Under the pieces are notes generated by a model. That model made no database searches. It was not told the origin of the DNA and saw only the letters and a program-made list of their open reading frames with translations. Below, in pieces: positions 50,254 to 60,804 of a stretch of DNA of 64,000 bases. Source of the DNA: Candidatus Woesearchaeota archaeon. GTDB taxonomy: Archaea; Nanobdellota; Nanobdellia; Woesearchaeales; GW2011-AR15. Within the stretch, counting starts at the first letter, position 1. Every line of letters begins with the position of its first letter. The translations under genes and the position numbers were made by a program. The stretch spans positions 125,200-189,199 of the forward strand of contig JAVZBY010000003.1 of NCBI GenBank assembly GCA_038874655.1, given 5' to 3'.

Positions 50254-51621
50254 TTAATATAAATTATTTTTACTATAAAACCTTCTTATCAAATAAGACA
50301 AAATAGTTGGCACTAAAAAAGAAGTTAATAAAGCCATTGCTGAAATAATAGAATATTCTTTCACACTTAAAATATTATTTGCCAATCCTAAAGAAGCTAT
50401 TATTAAAGCAACTTCTCCTCTTGGAACCATTCCTATTCCAACAATTAAAGAATCTTTAAAATTCAATTTTAGTAAATATGAAAAACCTCCACATGCAATA
50501 ACTTTACTAATTATCGCAATAAGAGTAATTATTAAAATTGGAATAAAATAGAAATATATAGATTTAACATCAACTAATATGCCTAATGAAATAAAAAATA
50601 TAGGCATAAATAAAAACTCTAAGCCATATGTTTTTTCTTCTAGTTCTGCATAATGCCTACTCCTATTTATGATAAGCCCTGCTAAAAAAGCTCCAACAAT
50701 AGCAGATAATTTTATAATTTCAGCAACATAAGCAAAAAAAAGCATTAAAGCTATTGAAAGTAAAAATCTTTTATCTCCTAAATCTTTTTTATCCAAATAT
50801 TCAACTATATATCTTCCTGCTATAATAGCTCCAACTACAAAAACAACTGCTGTAAAAAAGGTTTTAGAAACTGTTTTAAATATCTCTCCTTCTGCATTAG
50901 CTAAATTAACAACAATTGACAACAACAACAAACTTAGTATGTCGTCTAAAACAGCAGCGCCAATAATAACTTCTGAAAACTTTTTATCCAAAACTTTCAT
51001 TTGTTTCAAGATTGCAACAGAAACACCTACGCTTGTAGCAGATAATGCTGCTCCTATAAACATAGAATAAACAAAATTCTTGCTTAAAAAAAGTGCATAA
51101 AAATATCCCATAAAAAAAGGTAATAAAACACCTGATAATGCAACAAACAAATTCTCCTTTGAAAAAATTTTTTCAACTTTACTATGCAATCCTACTTTAA
51201 AAAGTAAAATTATTGCCCCTAATTGTGCAAAAATCTCTATAATATTTTCGTTCAAAAAAAGCTTTGGTGCATTACCTGGTAGATTAAAAAAATCCCAAGA
51301 AAAATTTAAAAAACTTGGACTTATTAAAATGCCTAAAATCATTAAAATAATGACATTTTGTGCTTTTAAATAAAATACAGCAACCTCTGCTAAAACCGCT
51401 AAAAGTAATAAAAAAACAATCTCAAAATAGAGATGCTCACTTGGCTCAACTTGACCTAAAATACTCCTTCTAATAATTGAAAAGATTAAAATACAAAATA
51501 AAATAAAAATTCCCATTGCAGATATATTATAAAAAGGTTTTTTTATTTCTTCTATATCTAAATCTTTTAATTTTATATCATCAACCTTATTTATAATTTT
51601 TTTTATTCTTCTAATAGGCAT
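50254..51621 (-). CDS. Cation:proton antiporter, CPA2 family (NapA/KefB-like)
   Basis: LLFKVGL, ALSATSVGV, GAAVLDDI, GAFLAGL, GMVPRGEVALII. Confidence 0.92.
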   Translation of the reverse strand: MPIRRIKKIINKVDDIKLKDLDIEEIKKPFYNISAMGIFILFCILIFSIIRRSILGQVEPSEHLYFEIVFLLLLAVLAEVAVFYLKAQNVIILMILGILISPSFLNFSWDFFNLPGNAPKLFLNENIIEIFAQLGAIILLFKVGLHSKVEKIFSKENLFVALSGVLLPFFMGYFYALFLSKNFVYSMFIGAALSATSVGVSVAILKQMKVLDKKFSEVIIGAAVLDDILSLLLLSIVVNLANAEGEIFKTVSKTFFTAVVFVVGAIIAGRYIVEYLDKKDLGDKRFLLSIALMLFFAYVAEIIKLSAIVGAFLAGLIINRSRHYAELEEKTYGLEFLFMPIFFISLGILVDVKSIYFYFIPILIITLIAIISKVIACGGFSYLLKLNFKDSLIVGIGMVPRGEVALIIASLGLANNILSVKEYSIISAMALLTSFLVPTILSYLIRRFYSKNNLY

Positions 51622-51680
51622 GTTAAAAAAAAAATAATTCCATGTTTAAATAATTTTAGAAAATATAATATTAAAACAAA

Positions 51681-53099
51681 TCAATTTTCAGATGCCCTCT
51701 TCTGATCTGCTCTAGAATAAAAACCATTAATAACATTAACCAATTGAACTAATCCATTATTACTAACATTCCACAATAAAGCATGTGTATTAGTGCAAGC
51801 ATTTGGTCCTTGTGCATATGGTAAAACTAAATAAGTTGAAGTTCCTACAACATAAGTGTCTCTTAATATTTCAGCTTGATGAGTATGTCCTGAAATACTT
51901 TTGCCAGCATCTGCTTCAATTGTCTTTGCATTTCCTCTTCTTCCATTAGGACCAAAATGACCATGCGCTGCTAACTGATATCCTAAGATTTTATAATCTT
52001 CATCTGCTCTTAAAAATTTTACATTCTTAGGCAATTTCCCATGTGATTTAATACCCATTTCAACAGGGTTTTTACCATCAGCAAATTCTTTTGCCAATTC
52101 TAATGCCTTTTTCAAATTTAAAGGATCATTGATAAACCTACCTTCATCTAAATATCTCTCTAACATCATAGGATCATGATTAGAATAAACAACTAAAATT
52201 TCTCTACCATTATTATTTGTTTCTAATGCATCTAATAAATAACATAATTCATCATAACATGCTTTTAATTCCTCATCTAAACTTAAAAAACCTTTATCAG
52301 AACCTTCTCTAATTTTTTGACTTATTAAATGCCCTTCTTTATGATGATTAACTGAATGTCCATCAAAAAAATCATGTAAAACAATTCTTTTTGGTTTAAA
52401 ATCTTTTATCATCCTTAAATTTGCCTCTTTCACAACAGGATCTGTGTAGCCAACATGCCAATCTCCGAAAACAATTGCTTCTAATGTTGCTTCTCTAGGT
52501 TCTTCATTTGGTAAAAATAAAGTGCCTAAATCTACAAATTTACCATTAGATAATGCCCTCACATTTCTATGATGATAGATTTCATCATCAATAACTTCAA
52601 CAATCCACGCTCCATAGATATGATCTCTTAAAGCTAAATTTCCTAATCTTCTTCTTTCTGCACTAAAATCTTCAGAAGTAGCATAATTAGGTAATGTAAT
52701 TGCTCCTGTAGTAATCAATGCTTTTGGAATTTTAATATTGCTATGGGGAATATATTTTAATCTTTGTTTGGGGCTCGCAAAAATAGTGCTAATTGCTCTT
52801 TGTGTAAATCTCGATAAGCCAGTAATAGGATCAATTTGCCAGGGTCTTATATAAAACTGATCAATCATTACATTATTATTTAACCTCATCTCATCATAAA
52901 CAAAAGGAAACCTTTTTAATTGTGAATCCATATATTTAAAGTTCCAATCTTCTTTAGCACTACTTCCTATCATTGGTAAAATAAGTAATTCTCCATTTAC
53001 AAAAGATGCGAATTTTTCTAGTGAATTTAAAAAAGGAATGTTTGGCTCAGAAAAAGATTGTGCAGAGGTTATTATATATGTTTTTGGTTGATATTGCAC
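51681..53099 (-). CDS. Calcineurin-like metallophosphoesterase resembling phage T5 A1 nuclease
   Basis: GDWH, HDFFDG, SNHD, HGH and GHTH metal ligands; N-terminal YIITSAQ and ITTGAITLPNY motifs recalled from T5 A1-like proteins; GTG start. Confidence 0.7.
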   Translation of the reverse strand: MQYQPKTYIITSAQSFSEPNIPFLNSLEKFASFVNGELLILPMIGSSAKEDWNFKYMDSQLKRFPFVYDEMRLNNNVMIDQFYIRPWQIDPITGLSRFTQRAISTIFASPKQRLKYIPHSNIKIPKALITTGAITLPNYATSEDFSAERRRLGNLALRDHIYGAWIVEVIDDEIYHHRNVRALSNGKFVDLGTLFLPNEEPREATLEAIVFGDWHVGYTDPVVKEANLRMIKDFKPKRIVLHDFFDGHSVNHHKEGHLISQKIREGSDKGFLSLDEELKACYDELCYLLDALETNNNGREILVVYSNHDPMMLERYLDEGRFINDPLNLKKALELAKEFADGKNPVEMGIKSHGKLPKNVKFLRADEDYKILGYQLAAHGHFGPNGRRGNAKTIEADAGKSISGHTHQAEILRDTYVVGTSTYLVLPYAQGPNACTNTHALLWNVSNNGLVQLVNVINGFYSRADQKRASEN

Positions 53100-53232
53100 A
53101 AAACAGTTAAAAAAATAATAATTTAAAAAGAATTCTTTTTTTATTTATAATTTTTCAAAAATATATTTTAAAAAACAAAAATTATTTAAAATAAAAAAAT
53201 TATTTTATATTTACTCAAACTTTTTGATAAAA

Positions 53233-53454
53233 ATGAAAAGAAGATTTCAATATGCTCCTTTATCTGGTGCTTTTATGGCTACTTCAATCCTTGGATTAAT
53301 GATTTCTATTTTTTTCGTTTACAAACATTATCCTGATTGGGGAATTACTTTTTCGATAGTTTTTGGAATTATGTTTATTTCCTCAATTATATCAATGACA
53401 GTGGCTGACCCTGAAGAATTTATTGATTTAGAATCAAAAAATAAAAAACAATAA
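53233..53454 (+). CDS. Small two-TM membrane protein
   Basis: APLSGAFMATSILG...WGITFSIVFGIMFISSIISMT. Confidence 0.7.
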   Translation: MKRRFQYAPLSGAFMATSILGLMISIFFVYKHYPDWGITFSIVFGIMFISSIISMTVADPEEFIDLESKNKKQ

Positions 53455-53468
53455 AAAAATAAAAAAAT

Positions 53469-53768
53469 TTATTTATTAATTCTATCAAACTTTTCTTTTG
53501 CTTTACTCTCTTTATAATAAACTTCATGACTTGCTCTTTTATCAAATAATGCAATTGCAATTTTAATCATATCTGTTTGAAATTGTTTTAAATTTTCTTT
53601 TTGCATTATTTCAATGGCATCTTGTATTGATTCATGCATTTTTTTTATATTCTCTAATCTGGCCAATTGCTCTTGTTCTTTTTCTTCTTTTTCTGTTAAA
53701 TAAACTTCTTCCCATTTATTATAAACTGCTTTTTGAACTTGTTTTGGAAAATCTTTATTAAATGCCAT
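53469..53768 (-). CDS. Hypothetical protein
   Basis: GAGGTG ribosome-binding site; MAFNKDFPK...WEEV...IAIALFDKRASH. Confidence 0.75.
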   Translation of the reverse strand: MAFNKDFPKQVQKAVYNKWEEVYLTEKEEKEQEQLARLENIKKMHESIQDAIEIMQKENLKQFQTDMIKIAIALFDKRASHEVYYKESKAKEKFDRINK

Positions 53769-53900
53769 GATAACACCTCTTTTATTAATATCATATTAGT
53801 AATATAATAAGTATATAAACCTTTCTAAAAAAGGTCTAATTTTTTAAAGAAACTAATACTAAACAGTTAAATTTAAAACCTCATAAAAAATAGAAAGATT

Positions 53901-54617
53901 ATGATTTCATTTATTATTCCTACTTTGGATGAAGAAAAAAATATTGAAAGAGTTGTTTCTCAGTTTAATGTTTTAAAAGGCAAATTTAGTTATGAAGTTA
54001 TTGTTGCTGATGGGGGAAGCAAAGATAAAACAAGACAAATTGCTAAAAAACTAGGTTGCAAAGTTTTCAAAAATAATAGAAAAAATCAAAACATAGCAAA
54101 AAATAGAAACTTAGGTGCAAAACATGCAAAAGGCACTATTCTTGTTTTTTGTGATGCTGATACTCAAATAAAAAACCCTGTCTTTTTTTGTAAAATTGTT
54201 TTAAATAAACTTAAAAATAAAAACATTGTTGCAGGTGTTCCTAAAATCAGAGTATTTCCAAAAGAAGAAAAAAAAGAAGACAAAATTTTTCTTAAATTAT
54301 TGAATTATTTTGTTGAAAAAAGTTTTAAATCAAAATATCCTATGGCATCAGGACAATGTCAAATTATAAAAAAAACAGCATTTGAAAAGGTAAATGGCTA
54401 TAATGAAAATTTATCTTATGGTGAAGATGCAGACATTTTTTTAAGATTAGGAAGAATAGGCAAACTTTATTTTTTCTCAAATTTGATTGTTTATGAGAGT
54501 CCAAGAAGATATAGAAAATGGGGATATCCTAAATTAATTACAAATGCTATCTCTAATTATTTATATAAAATACTTTTTAAAAAAGAAAAAATAAAAGAAT
54601 GGAAAAGAGTTGATTAA
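53901..54617 (+). CDS. Glycosyltransferase family 2
   Basis: ISFIIPTLDEE, VADGGSKD, RNLGA, FCDAD, GED. Confidence 0.93.
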   Translation: MISFIIPTLDEEKNIERVVSQFNVLKGKFSYEVIVADGGSKDKTRQIAKKLGCKVFKNNRKNQNIAKNRNLGAKHAKGTILVFCDADTQIKNPVFFCKIVLNKLKNKNIVAGVPKIRVFPKEEKKEDKIFLKLLNYFVEKSFKSKYPMASGQCQIIKKTAFEKVNGYNENLSYGEDADIFLRLGRIGKLYFFSNLIVYESPRRYRKWGYPKLITNAISNYLYKILFKKEKIKEWKRVD

Positions 54618-54641
54618 TTTTTTTATCATTTATAATATAAT

Positions 54642-56357
54642 TCATTTTACTGTAACTGATTTTGCTAAATTTCTTGGCTTATCAATAGGTAAATCTTTTT
54701 TTAATGCAATATAATAAGTTAATAATTGACCTATAATTGCTGCTAAAATTCCAAATTTACCATCATTATCAGTATTCACTTTAAGATCACCCTCTAATTC
54801 ATTTGTAATTTTTATTACAAAAGCGCCTCTTGCTTCAACCTCTTTTGTATTTGATAACATAGCATAATCCTTATTGCTTATTAATGAAATTACTGGTGTA
54901 CCTTTTTCTATTAATGCAATTGTTCCATGTTTTAGTTCTCCGCCCATCATGCCTTCTGCATGTATATAAGAAATTTCTTTAATTTTAAGTGCTATTTCTC
55001 TAGCAACAGGATAACTTAAACCTCTGCCTAAAATATAAATATCTCTTTTATCGTAAATTAAATTCGCTATTTTTTTAATTTCCTTTCTTAATAAAAGTGT
55101 TTCTTCAATTTTTTCAGGTAAATTTTCTAAATTTATTTTAAACCCAAATTCTTGAGCAATTCTCAACAATAAAGTAACTTGATTAACAAATGACTTTGTC
55201 GCAGCAACACAAATTTCTTGTCCAGCTGCAATATTTAATGAAATTTCTGACATCCTTTGTATAGTTGAGTAAGGAACATTAACAATAGAGGCAATTTTTG
55301 CGTCATTCTTTTTTGCGTACTTTAATGCTTCAATAACATCCATTGTTTCTCCTGATTGTGATATTGCTATTACTAAAGTGTCTTTATCAACTCCTACAAA
55401 ATGCTCAAATTCTGATGCAATAATAGTCTGTGCATTAATATTGCATTTATGCAAATAATAAACCCCTAACAAAGAAGCATGATAGCTTGTTCCTGCAGCA
55501 ACAAAAGTTATTTTTTTTGCTTTTTTCATTAAACTAACAAATTTATCAAAATTTTCTTTTTGCTCTGCTTTCAAACTTAACAACAATCTTCTAACAACTT
55601 TTGGTTCTTCCATTATTTCTTTTATCATATAATGCTGATAATTTTCTGTTTTGCTTTCTTCTTGTTCCCATGAAAATTCAAAAATTTTTTTTTCAATTTT
55701 TTCTCCATTTGTATTATAAAAAGTATAATCTTTTTCATTTATGATCGCAAATTCATTATTATCAAAAAAAATTGCTTTATTTGTTATATCAGAAAAAGCA
55801 TAAATATCTGATGCTAAATAAAACTCACTTTTTCCAATTCCCAAAACCAAAGGTGAATCCCTTCTTAGTGCATATAAATTATTATCTCCCTCAATAACAA
55901 CTAATATTGCAAATTCTCCTTTTATCTCATTTATAAAATCAATGCAAGCTTCTTTCATTGATTTTATTTTTAATTTTTCTTCAAAATAATGTGCCGCAAT
56001 CTCTGTATCCGTCTGACTTATAAATTTATGACCTTTTTTTTCTAAATCTTTTTTTAGTTCTTCATAATTTTCAATAATACCATTATGCACTAAAGCAATT
56101 TTTTTATCACAAGATAAATGTGGATGCGCATTAAAATCAGTAACACCACCATGTGTTGCCCATCTCGTGTGTGTTATAATTTTTTTTGTTTTGTCTTCTA
56201 TGTTAGGAACAACAATATTTCCTACTTTTTTAATTAATTTTTTATCATAATAATAACCAAAAGAATCATAACCTCTATATTCTAATCTTTTTAATCTTTT
56301 TAATGCATCATTAACTAAAAAATCATTTTTTGAAATTATTCCCACAATTCCACACAT
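54642..56357 (-). CDS. glmS: Glutamine--fructose-6-phosphate aminotransferase
   Basis: MCGIVG, LEYRGYDS, HTRWATHG, SQSGET, PRNLAKSVT. Confidence 0.97.
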   Translation of the reverse strand: MCGIVGIISKNDFLVNDALKRLKRLEYRGYDSFGYYYDKKLIKKVGNIVVPNIEDKTKKIITHTRWATHGGVTDFNAHPHLSCDKKIALVHNGIIENYEELKKDLEKKGHKFISQTDTEIAAHYFEEKLKIKSMKEACIDFINEIKGEFAILVVIEGDNNLYALRRDSPLVLGIGKSEFYLASDIYAFSDITNKAIFFDNNEFAIINEKDYTFYNTNGEKIEKKIFEFSWEQEESKTENYQHYMIKEIMEEPKVVRRLLLSLKAEQKENFDKFVSLMKKAKKITFVAAGTSYHASLLGVYYLHKCNINAQTIIASEFEHFVGVDKDTLVIAISQSGETMDVIEALKYAKKNDAKIASIVNVPYSTIQRMSEISLNIAAGQEICVAATKSFVNQVTLLLRIAQEFGFKINLENLPEKIEETLLLRKEIKKIANLIYDKRDIYILGRGLSYPVAREIALKIKEISYIHAEGMMGGELKHGTIALIEKGTPVISLISNKDYAMLSNTKEVEARGAFVIKITNELEGDLKVNTDNDGKFGILAAIIGQLLTYYIALKKDLPIDKPRNLAKSVTVK

Positions 56358-56413
56358 ATTTTCACCTTGTATTTTTTTAATAATACTTTTTTAATATTTT
56401 CTAAAACTTTTTT

Positions 56414-57652
56414 TTATTCAATATCTTTTTTCACTATTTCTCCTGGCAATGTTGTTTTATTAGGCCAAATTTTTCTTCCTGGATAGATAGATGTATGTAT
56501 CCCTGTATGAACATTATCTCCTATAATAGCACCTAATTTTCTTCTACCACTATCAACTAAATTACCCTTCACAAAAGAAAATACATTTGAATCATCATGC
56601 CTTAGATTTGCTGTTATTGTTCCTGCACCAAAATTTACATTATTTCCTATAATAGAATCCCCTACATAAGATAAATGCCCGATTGAAGTTTTATCTCCAA
56701 TAATAGAATTTTTTACTTCAACTGCATTTCCTATTTTACAATTATTTCCAATACTAGAAAAACCTCTTATATAACAATTAGGGCCAATCACACAATTATC
56801 CCCAATAATAATATTTCCTTCTAAATAACTTCCTGATTTAACAATTGTATTCTGTCCAATAATTATATTCCCTTTTAATGTAGCACCTTTTTCAATAATA
56901 CCTTTATTAATAGATTTTTTAAAATTACTTAAAATTATTTCATTAGCATTTAACAAACTCCAAGGATAGGTTATTGGAATCCAAAAATCTGCTATATTAT
57001 AATTAACTACTTCTTTTTCAGATAATTTTTTTATAAAATCTGTAATTTCATATTCATTTCTCTCTGAAAGAGCTATATCAAAATCAAATATTTTTTTATC
57101 TAAAACATATACTCCTGTATTAGCAAAACCTTTTCTTTTTTCTTGTGGTTTTTCTTTTATTGTTATTATCTTTTTATTTTTTTCATCAACAATAAGTTCA
57201 CCAAAATTACTTATATCAAAAACTTGTTTGGCTAAAACAGAATATCTATCTTTCAAGCAATTTTCAATATCTCCTTTTGAATAGATATCATCTCCATTAA
57301 TTACTATAAACCTGTCTTTTAGATAATTTTTTACTTCTAATAATGCTCCTCCTGTTCCGTTTTGCTCTTTTTGTTCAACAAACTTTATATTTAGTTTAGG
57401 ATATTTCTCTTCAACATATTTTACTATTTGTTCTTTAAGATAACCAACAACAATTAATATCTCATTTGTAAGATCCTTAATTGCTTCAATGTTATATTCC
57501 AAAAGTGTTTTATTAGCCACTCTTAATAAGGGTTTTGGTTTTGTAATAGTTAATGGCCATGCTCTTGTAGATTTACCTGCACATAAGATTATTGCTTGAT
57601 CTATTTTATATTTGTTTACTTTATTGTTATTTATGGAATTTTTTTTTGCCAT
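56414..57652 (-). CDS. glmU: Bifunctional sugar-1-phosphate nucleotidylyltransferase/acetyltransferase (archaeal GlmU)
   Basis: AIILCAGKSTR...PKPLL, hexapeptide repeats, HLSYVGDS, GAGTITANLRHD. Confidence 0.92.
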   Translation of the reverse strand: MAKKNSINNNKVNKYKIDQAIILCAGKSTRAWPLTITKPKPLLRVANKTLLEYNIEAIKDLTNEILIVVGYLKEQIVKYVEEKYPKLNIKFVEQKEQNGTGGALLEVKNYLKDRFIVINGDDIYSKGDIENCLKDRYSVLAKQVFDISNFGELIVDEKNKKIITIKEKPQEKRKGFANTGVYVLDKKIFDFDIALSERNEYEITDFIKKLSEKEVVNYNIADFWIPITYPWSLLNANEIILSNFKKSINKGIIEKGATLKGNIIIGQNTIVKSGSYLEGNIIIGDNCVIGPNCYIRGFSSIGNNCKIGNAVEVKNSIIGDKTSIGHLSYVGDSIIGNNVNFGAGTITANLRHDDSNVFSFVKGNLVDSGRRKLGAIIGDNVHTGIHTSIYPGRKIWPNKTTLPGEIVKKDIE

Positions 57653-57653
57653 T

Positions 57654-59033
57654 TTATACTCCTATCTCTTTTTTTATTGCGTTTGCTATTTTATTAGCTA
57701 TTTTTTTCATTATTCCAGAATCTTTAGCTTCAACCATTACTCTTATCAATTGCTCTGTCCCACTATATCTTACTAAAATTCTTCCTTGGTTTTCTAAAAT
57801 CTTTTCTGAATCCATAATTATTGAGTAAGCATTTAATTTTTCTAATGGCTTTTTTTCTTTAACTTTTACATTAATAGTAATTTGAGGATATTTTTTTAAA
57901 ACACTTGCTAATTTTGATAACTTTATTTTTTTTTCTTTCATAATTCTTAGAATTTGCAGAGCAGCAATAATTCCATCTCCTGTCGTGTTATAATCTGAAA
58001 AAATAATATGCCCTGAATATTCCCCACCTAGGTTATAGTTATTTTTTCTCATTTCATCAATAACATATCTATCTCCATTAAGAACTTTGACAACATTAGC
58101 ATTATGTTTTTTCATCAATTCATCAAAAGCCAGATTCGTGTATTGTGTTGCAACAATTGTATTTTTTGCCAATTTATTTTTTTCTAATAAATATAAGCCA
58201 GCAATAGCTAAAATATAATCCCCATCTAAAATATTACCTTCTTCATCTATTAAAATTACTCTATCTGCATCACCATCCAATGTAATCCCTATGTCTGCAT
58301 TATAACCCAAAACTGCTGATTTTGCAAGTTCTGGATAAAGTGCACCACAGTCCTTATTTATATTATTTCCATCCGGTTGATTAGATAAAACAATTACATC
58401 TGCTTTTAATTCTCTCAATATTAAAGGTGCCACTTTATAAGCTGCACCATTAGCACAATCTAAAACTATTTTCAAACCATTTAAAGAATTATTTTTTATA
58501 GTTCCTTTTGCAAATTCAATATATCTTCCCTGTGCATCATCAATTCTATAAGCTCTACCTATTTCTTTTGATGTAATATGTTCAGTTTTTATATGATTAT
58601 TAGTTAAATCCTTTAAAACAAGATCTTCTATTTGAGATTCTACTTCATCAGGCAATTTATAGCCCTCTGAATCAAAGAATTTTATACCGTTATCATCAGA
58701 AGGATTATGTGAAGCAGAAATCATTATTCCGGCATCAGCAGCAAAAGACCTTGTTAAATGCGCAATTGCTGGAGTAGGCATAGGCCCAACTAACAAAACA
58801 TCTGCACCCATGGAAGTTAATCCTGAGGTTAATGCATATTCTAACATATAACCACTTAATCTAGTATCTTTTCCAATTAAAAAAACCGGTTTTTTTTCTT
58901 TAACTTTTTTATTAACATCCTTATTTCTCAATACAAGAGCAGCAGCTTTTCCTAATTTTAAAGCAACTTCTGCTGTAATTGGATATGTGTTTGCTTTGCC
59001 TCTAACCCCATCAGTACCAAATAATCTAGCCAT
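57654..59033 (-). CDS. glmM: Phosphoglucosamine mutase
   Basis: LFGTDGVRG, GIMISASHNP, DGDADR, RYSGTE. Confidence 0.96.
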   Translation of the reverse strand: MARLFGTDGVRGKANTYPITAEVALKLGKAAALVLRNKDVNKKVKEKKPVFLIGKDTRLSGYMLEYALTSGLTSMGADVLLVGPMPTPAIAHLTRSFAADAGIMISASHNPSDDNGIKFFDSEGYKLPDEVESQIEDLVLKDLTNNHIKTEHITSKEIGRAYRIDDAQGRYIEFAKGTIKNNSLNGLKIVLDCANGAAYKVAPLILRELKADVIVLSNQPDGNNINKDCGALYPELAKSAVLGYNADIGITLDGDADRVILIDEEGNILDGDYILAIAGLYLLEKNKLAKNTIVATQYTNLAFDELMKKHNANVVKVLNGDRYVIDEMRKNNYNLGGEYSGHIIFSDYNTTGDGIIAALQILRIMKEKKIKLSKLASVLKKYPQITINVKVKEKKPLEKLNAYSIIMDSEKILENQGRILVRYSGTEQLIRVMVEAKDSGIMKKIANKIANAIKKEIGV

Positions 59034-59224
59034 AATTTATTGGCATTAAATTTTATTTAAAAAGTTAATTAAAAGAAAATTTATAACCAAATACAAAACT
59101 TTATAAATAAAAAACAAAAAAAGAATATTTTTTTATAAAAAATATATAAAAATATTATAATTTTTTTTATAATAATATAAATTTTATAGTAATATTTATT
59201 AATTCGTTTGTTTTTTTGTTTATT

Positions 59225-60148
59225 ATGAAAACATATGTTTTAAAAGAAAAAGACAACAAATTTTATTATAGCCCTGCTATTTTTGTTGATAATCCTAATT
59301 CTATTAAATTAATAAACCATCCTATAAGATTAAAAATATTAAAGCTTTTATCTAAAAAGCCTATGTATCCAGCAGAATTAGCAAAAGAATTAAAGATGCA
59401 TGAACAAAAAATTTACTATCATATAAATCAAATGATTGAATCAGATTTATTAGATGTCGTAGAAAAAGAAGAAATAAGAGGCACAACTGCAAAAAAACTA
59501 AAACCAAAAATACTAAACTTTGCTTTTACAATGTCAACTGATTGGTTTAACATAAAGAATTTGTACGAAGAAAAAGACAAAGAAATTATAACTTTTTTAA
59601 AACCTTTTATTCTTGAAGGCAGATTAAATTCTTATATTGTTGTTGGCAGCCCTGACCCACATGGTGAGCATAAAGCAAGAGCAAGAGATGGCCATTATGC
59701 TATTGATTTAGCTTTATTTTTGGGAAGCTTTTGTAATGTTGATGAATTTTCAACAAAATTAGATGTTGATATTGATTTGAAACAAAATAAAAATTTAATT
59801 TTAGTTGGAGGCCCAGTTACAAATTTAGTTGTCAGTAAAATTAATGAATATCTACCAGCAAAGTTTTCAGAACAAAAACCCTGGGGGATAATCTCAAAAC
59901 TAAAAACGTATACTGATGAGAGTATAGGTTTAATCTCAAAAATTCCTAATCCTCTTAATCCAAATTACTATATATTAGTTTTAGCAGGAATTAGATTCAT
60001 AGGAACAAAAGCAGCTGTAATGGCATTCACAAAATACACAAAACAAGTAATTTACAGATATACTGGGCAAAAAGAATTTTATTGCATTGTTCAAGGTTTT
60101 GATTTAGATGGAGATGGAAAAATTGATAGTATTGAAGTTTTAGAATAA
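59225..60148 (+). CDS. ArsR-type HTH regulator fused to a C-terminal alpha/beta domain
   Basis: HPIRLKILKLL...YPAELAKEL...KIYYHI; C-terminal VVGSPDPHG...NLILVGGPVTN; divergent from glmM. Confidence 0.8.
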   Translation: MKTYVLKEKDNKFYYSPAIFVDNPNSIKLINHPIRLKILKLLSKKPMYPAELAKELKMHEQKIYYHINQMIESDLLDVVEKEEIRGTTAKKLKPKILNFAFTMSTDWFNIKNLYEEKDKEIITFLKPFILEGRLNSYIVVGSPDPHGEHKARARDGHYAIDLALFLGSFCNVDEFSTKLDVDIDLKQNKNLILVGGPVTNLVVSKINEYLPAKFSEQKPWGIISKLKTYTDESIGLISKIPNPLNPNYYILVLAGIRFIGTKAAVMAFTKYTKQVIYRYTGQKEFYCIVQGFDLDGDGKIDSIEVLE

Positions 60149-60163
60149 TCCTATATTATAAAA

Positions 60164-60790
60164 ATGAAAAAGATAAAAAATAATGTTGAAAACTTAAAAA
60201 TTGATAATAAAAAAATAATTTTAGCCTCAAAATCACCTAGAAGAAGAAAACTTCTAGAAGATATTTTTGGAGAGGACATAATAATTCATCCTAGTAATAT
60301 AGATGAAAATTCTATTAAAGAAAAAGATCCAATAAAACTAGCAAAAAAATTAGCATTTTTAAAAGCAAAAGAAGTATCAAATTTCTATGATAAAGGGATA
60401 ATCATTGCTGCAGATTCTTTTGTTGTGTATAAAAATAAAATATTAGGCAAACCTAAAGATAAAAAAGATGCATTCAACATGTTAAAACTTCAATCTGGTA
60501 AAAAAACGAAGGTTATTACAGGACTATGTGTTATTGATTTAAATAAACAAAAAGAGTATTTAACTTATGATATTACTGAAATAAAAATGACAAAAATGAA
60601 TGATGAAGAAATCTTAAATTATATAAAAACTGGTGATCCATTAGATAAAGCAGGTTCTTTTGGAATGCAAAGTAAAGGTTCAATATTTGTTGAAAAAATA
60701 AATGGTTGTTATTCAAATGTAGTTGGCTTACCAATGCCTAAATTATTGAAAATATTAAGAAAAATAGGCTTAAAAATTTTTAATTATTAA
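60164..60790 (+). CDS. maf: Maf family nucleoside triphosphate pyrophosphatase
   Basis: ILASKSPRR, AADS, ILGKP, DKAGSFG, NVVGLP. Confidence 0.95.
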   Translation: MKKIKNNVENLKIDNKKIILASKSPRRRKLLEDIFGEDIIIHPSNIDENSIKEKDPIKLAKKLAFLKAKEVSNFYDKGIIIAADSFVVYKNKILGKPKDKKDAFNMLKLQSGKKTKVITGLCVIDLNKQKEYLTYDITEIKMTKMNDEEILNYIKTGDPLDKAGSFGMQSKGSIFVEKINGCYSNVVGLPMPKLLKILRKIGLKIFNY

Positions 60791-60804
60791 TTTTTTTCTT
60801 GCCT

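Noticed and set aside
56358-56413. Possible glmS ribozyme upstream of glmS
   Set aside because: Only 56 AT-rich nucleotides containing a GGTGA ribosome-binding site; too short and unstructured.
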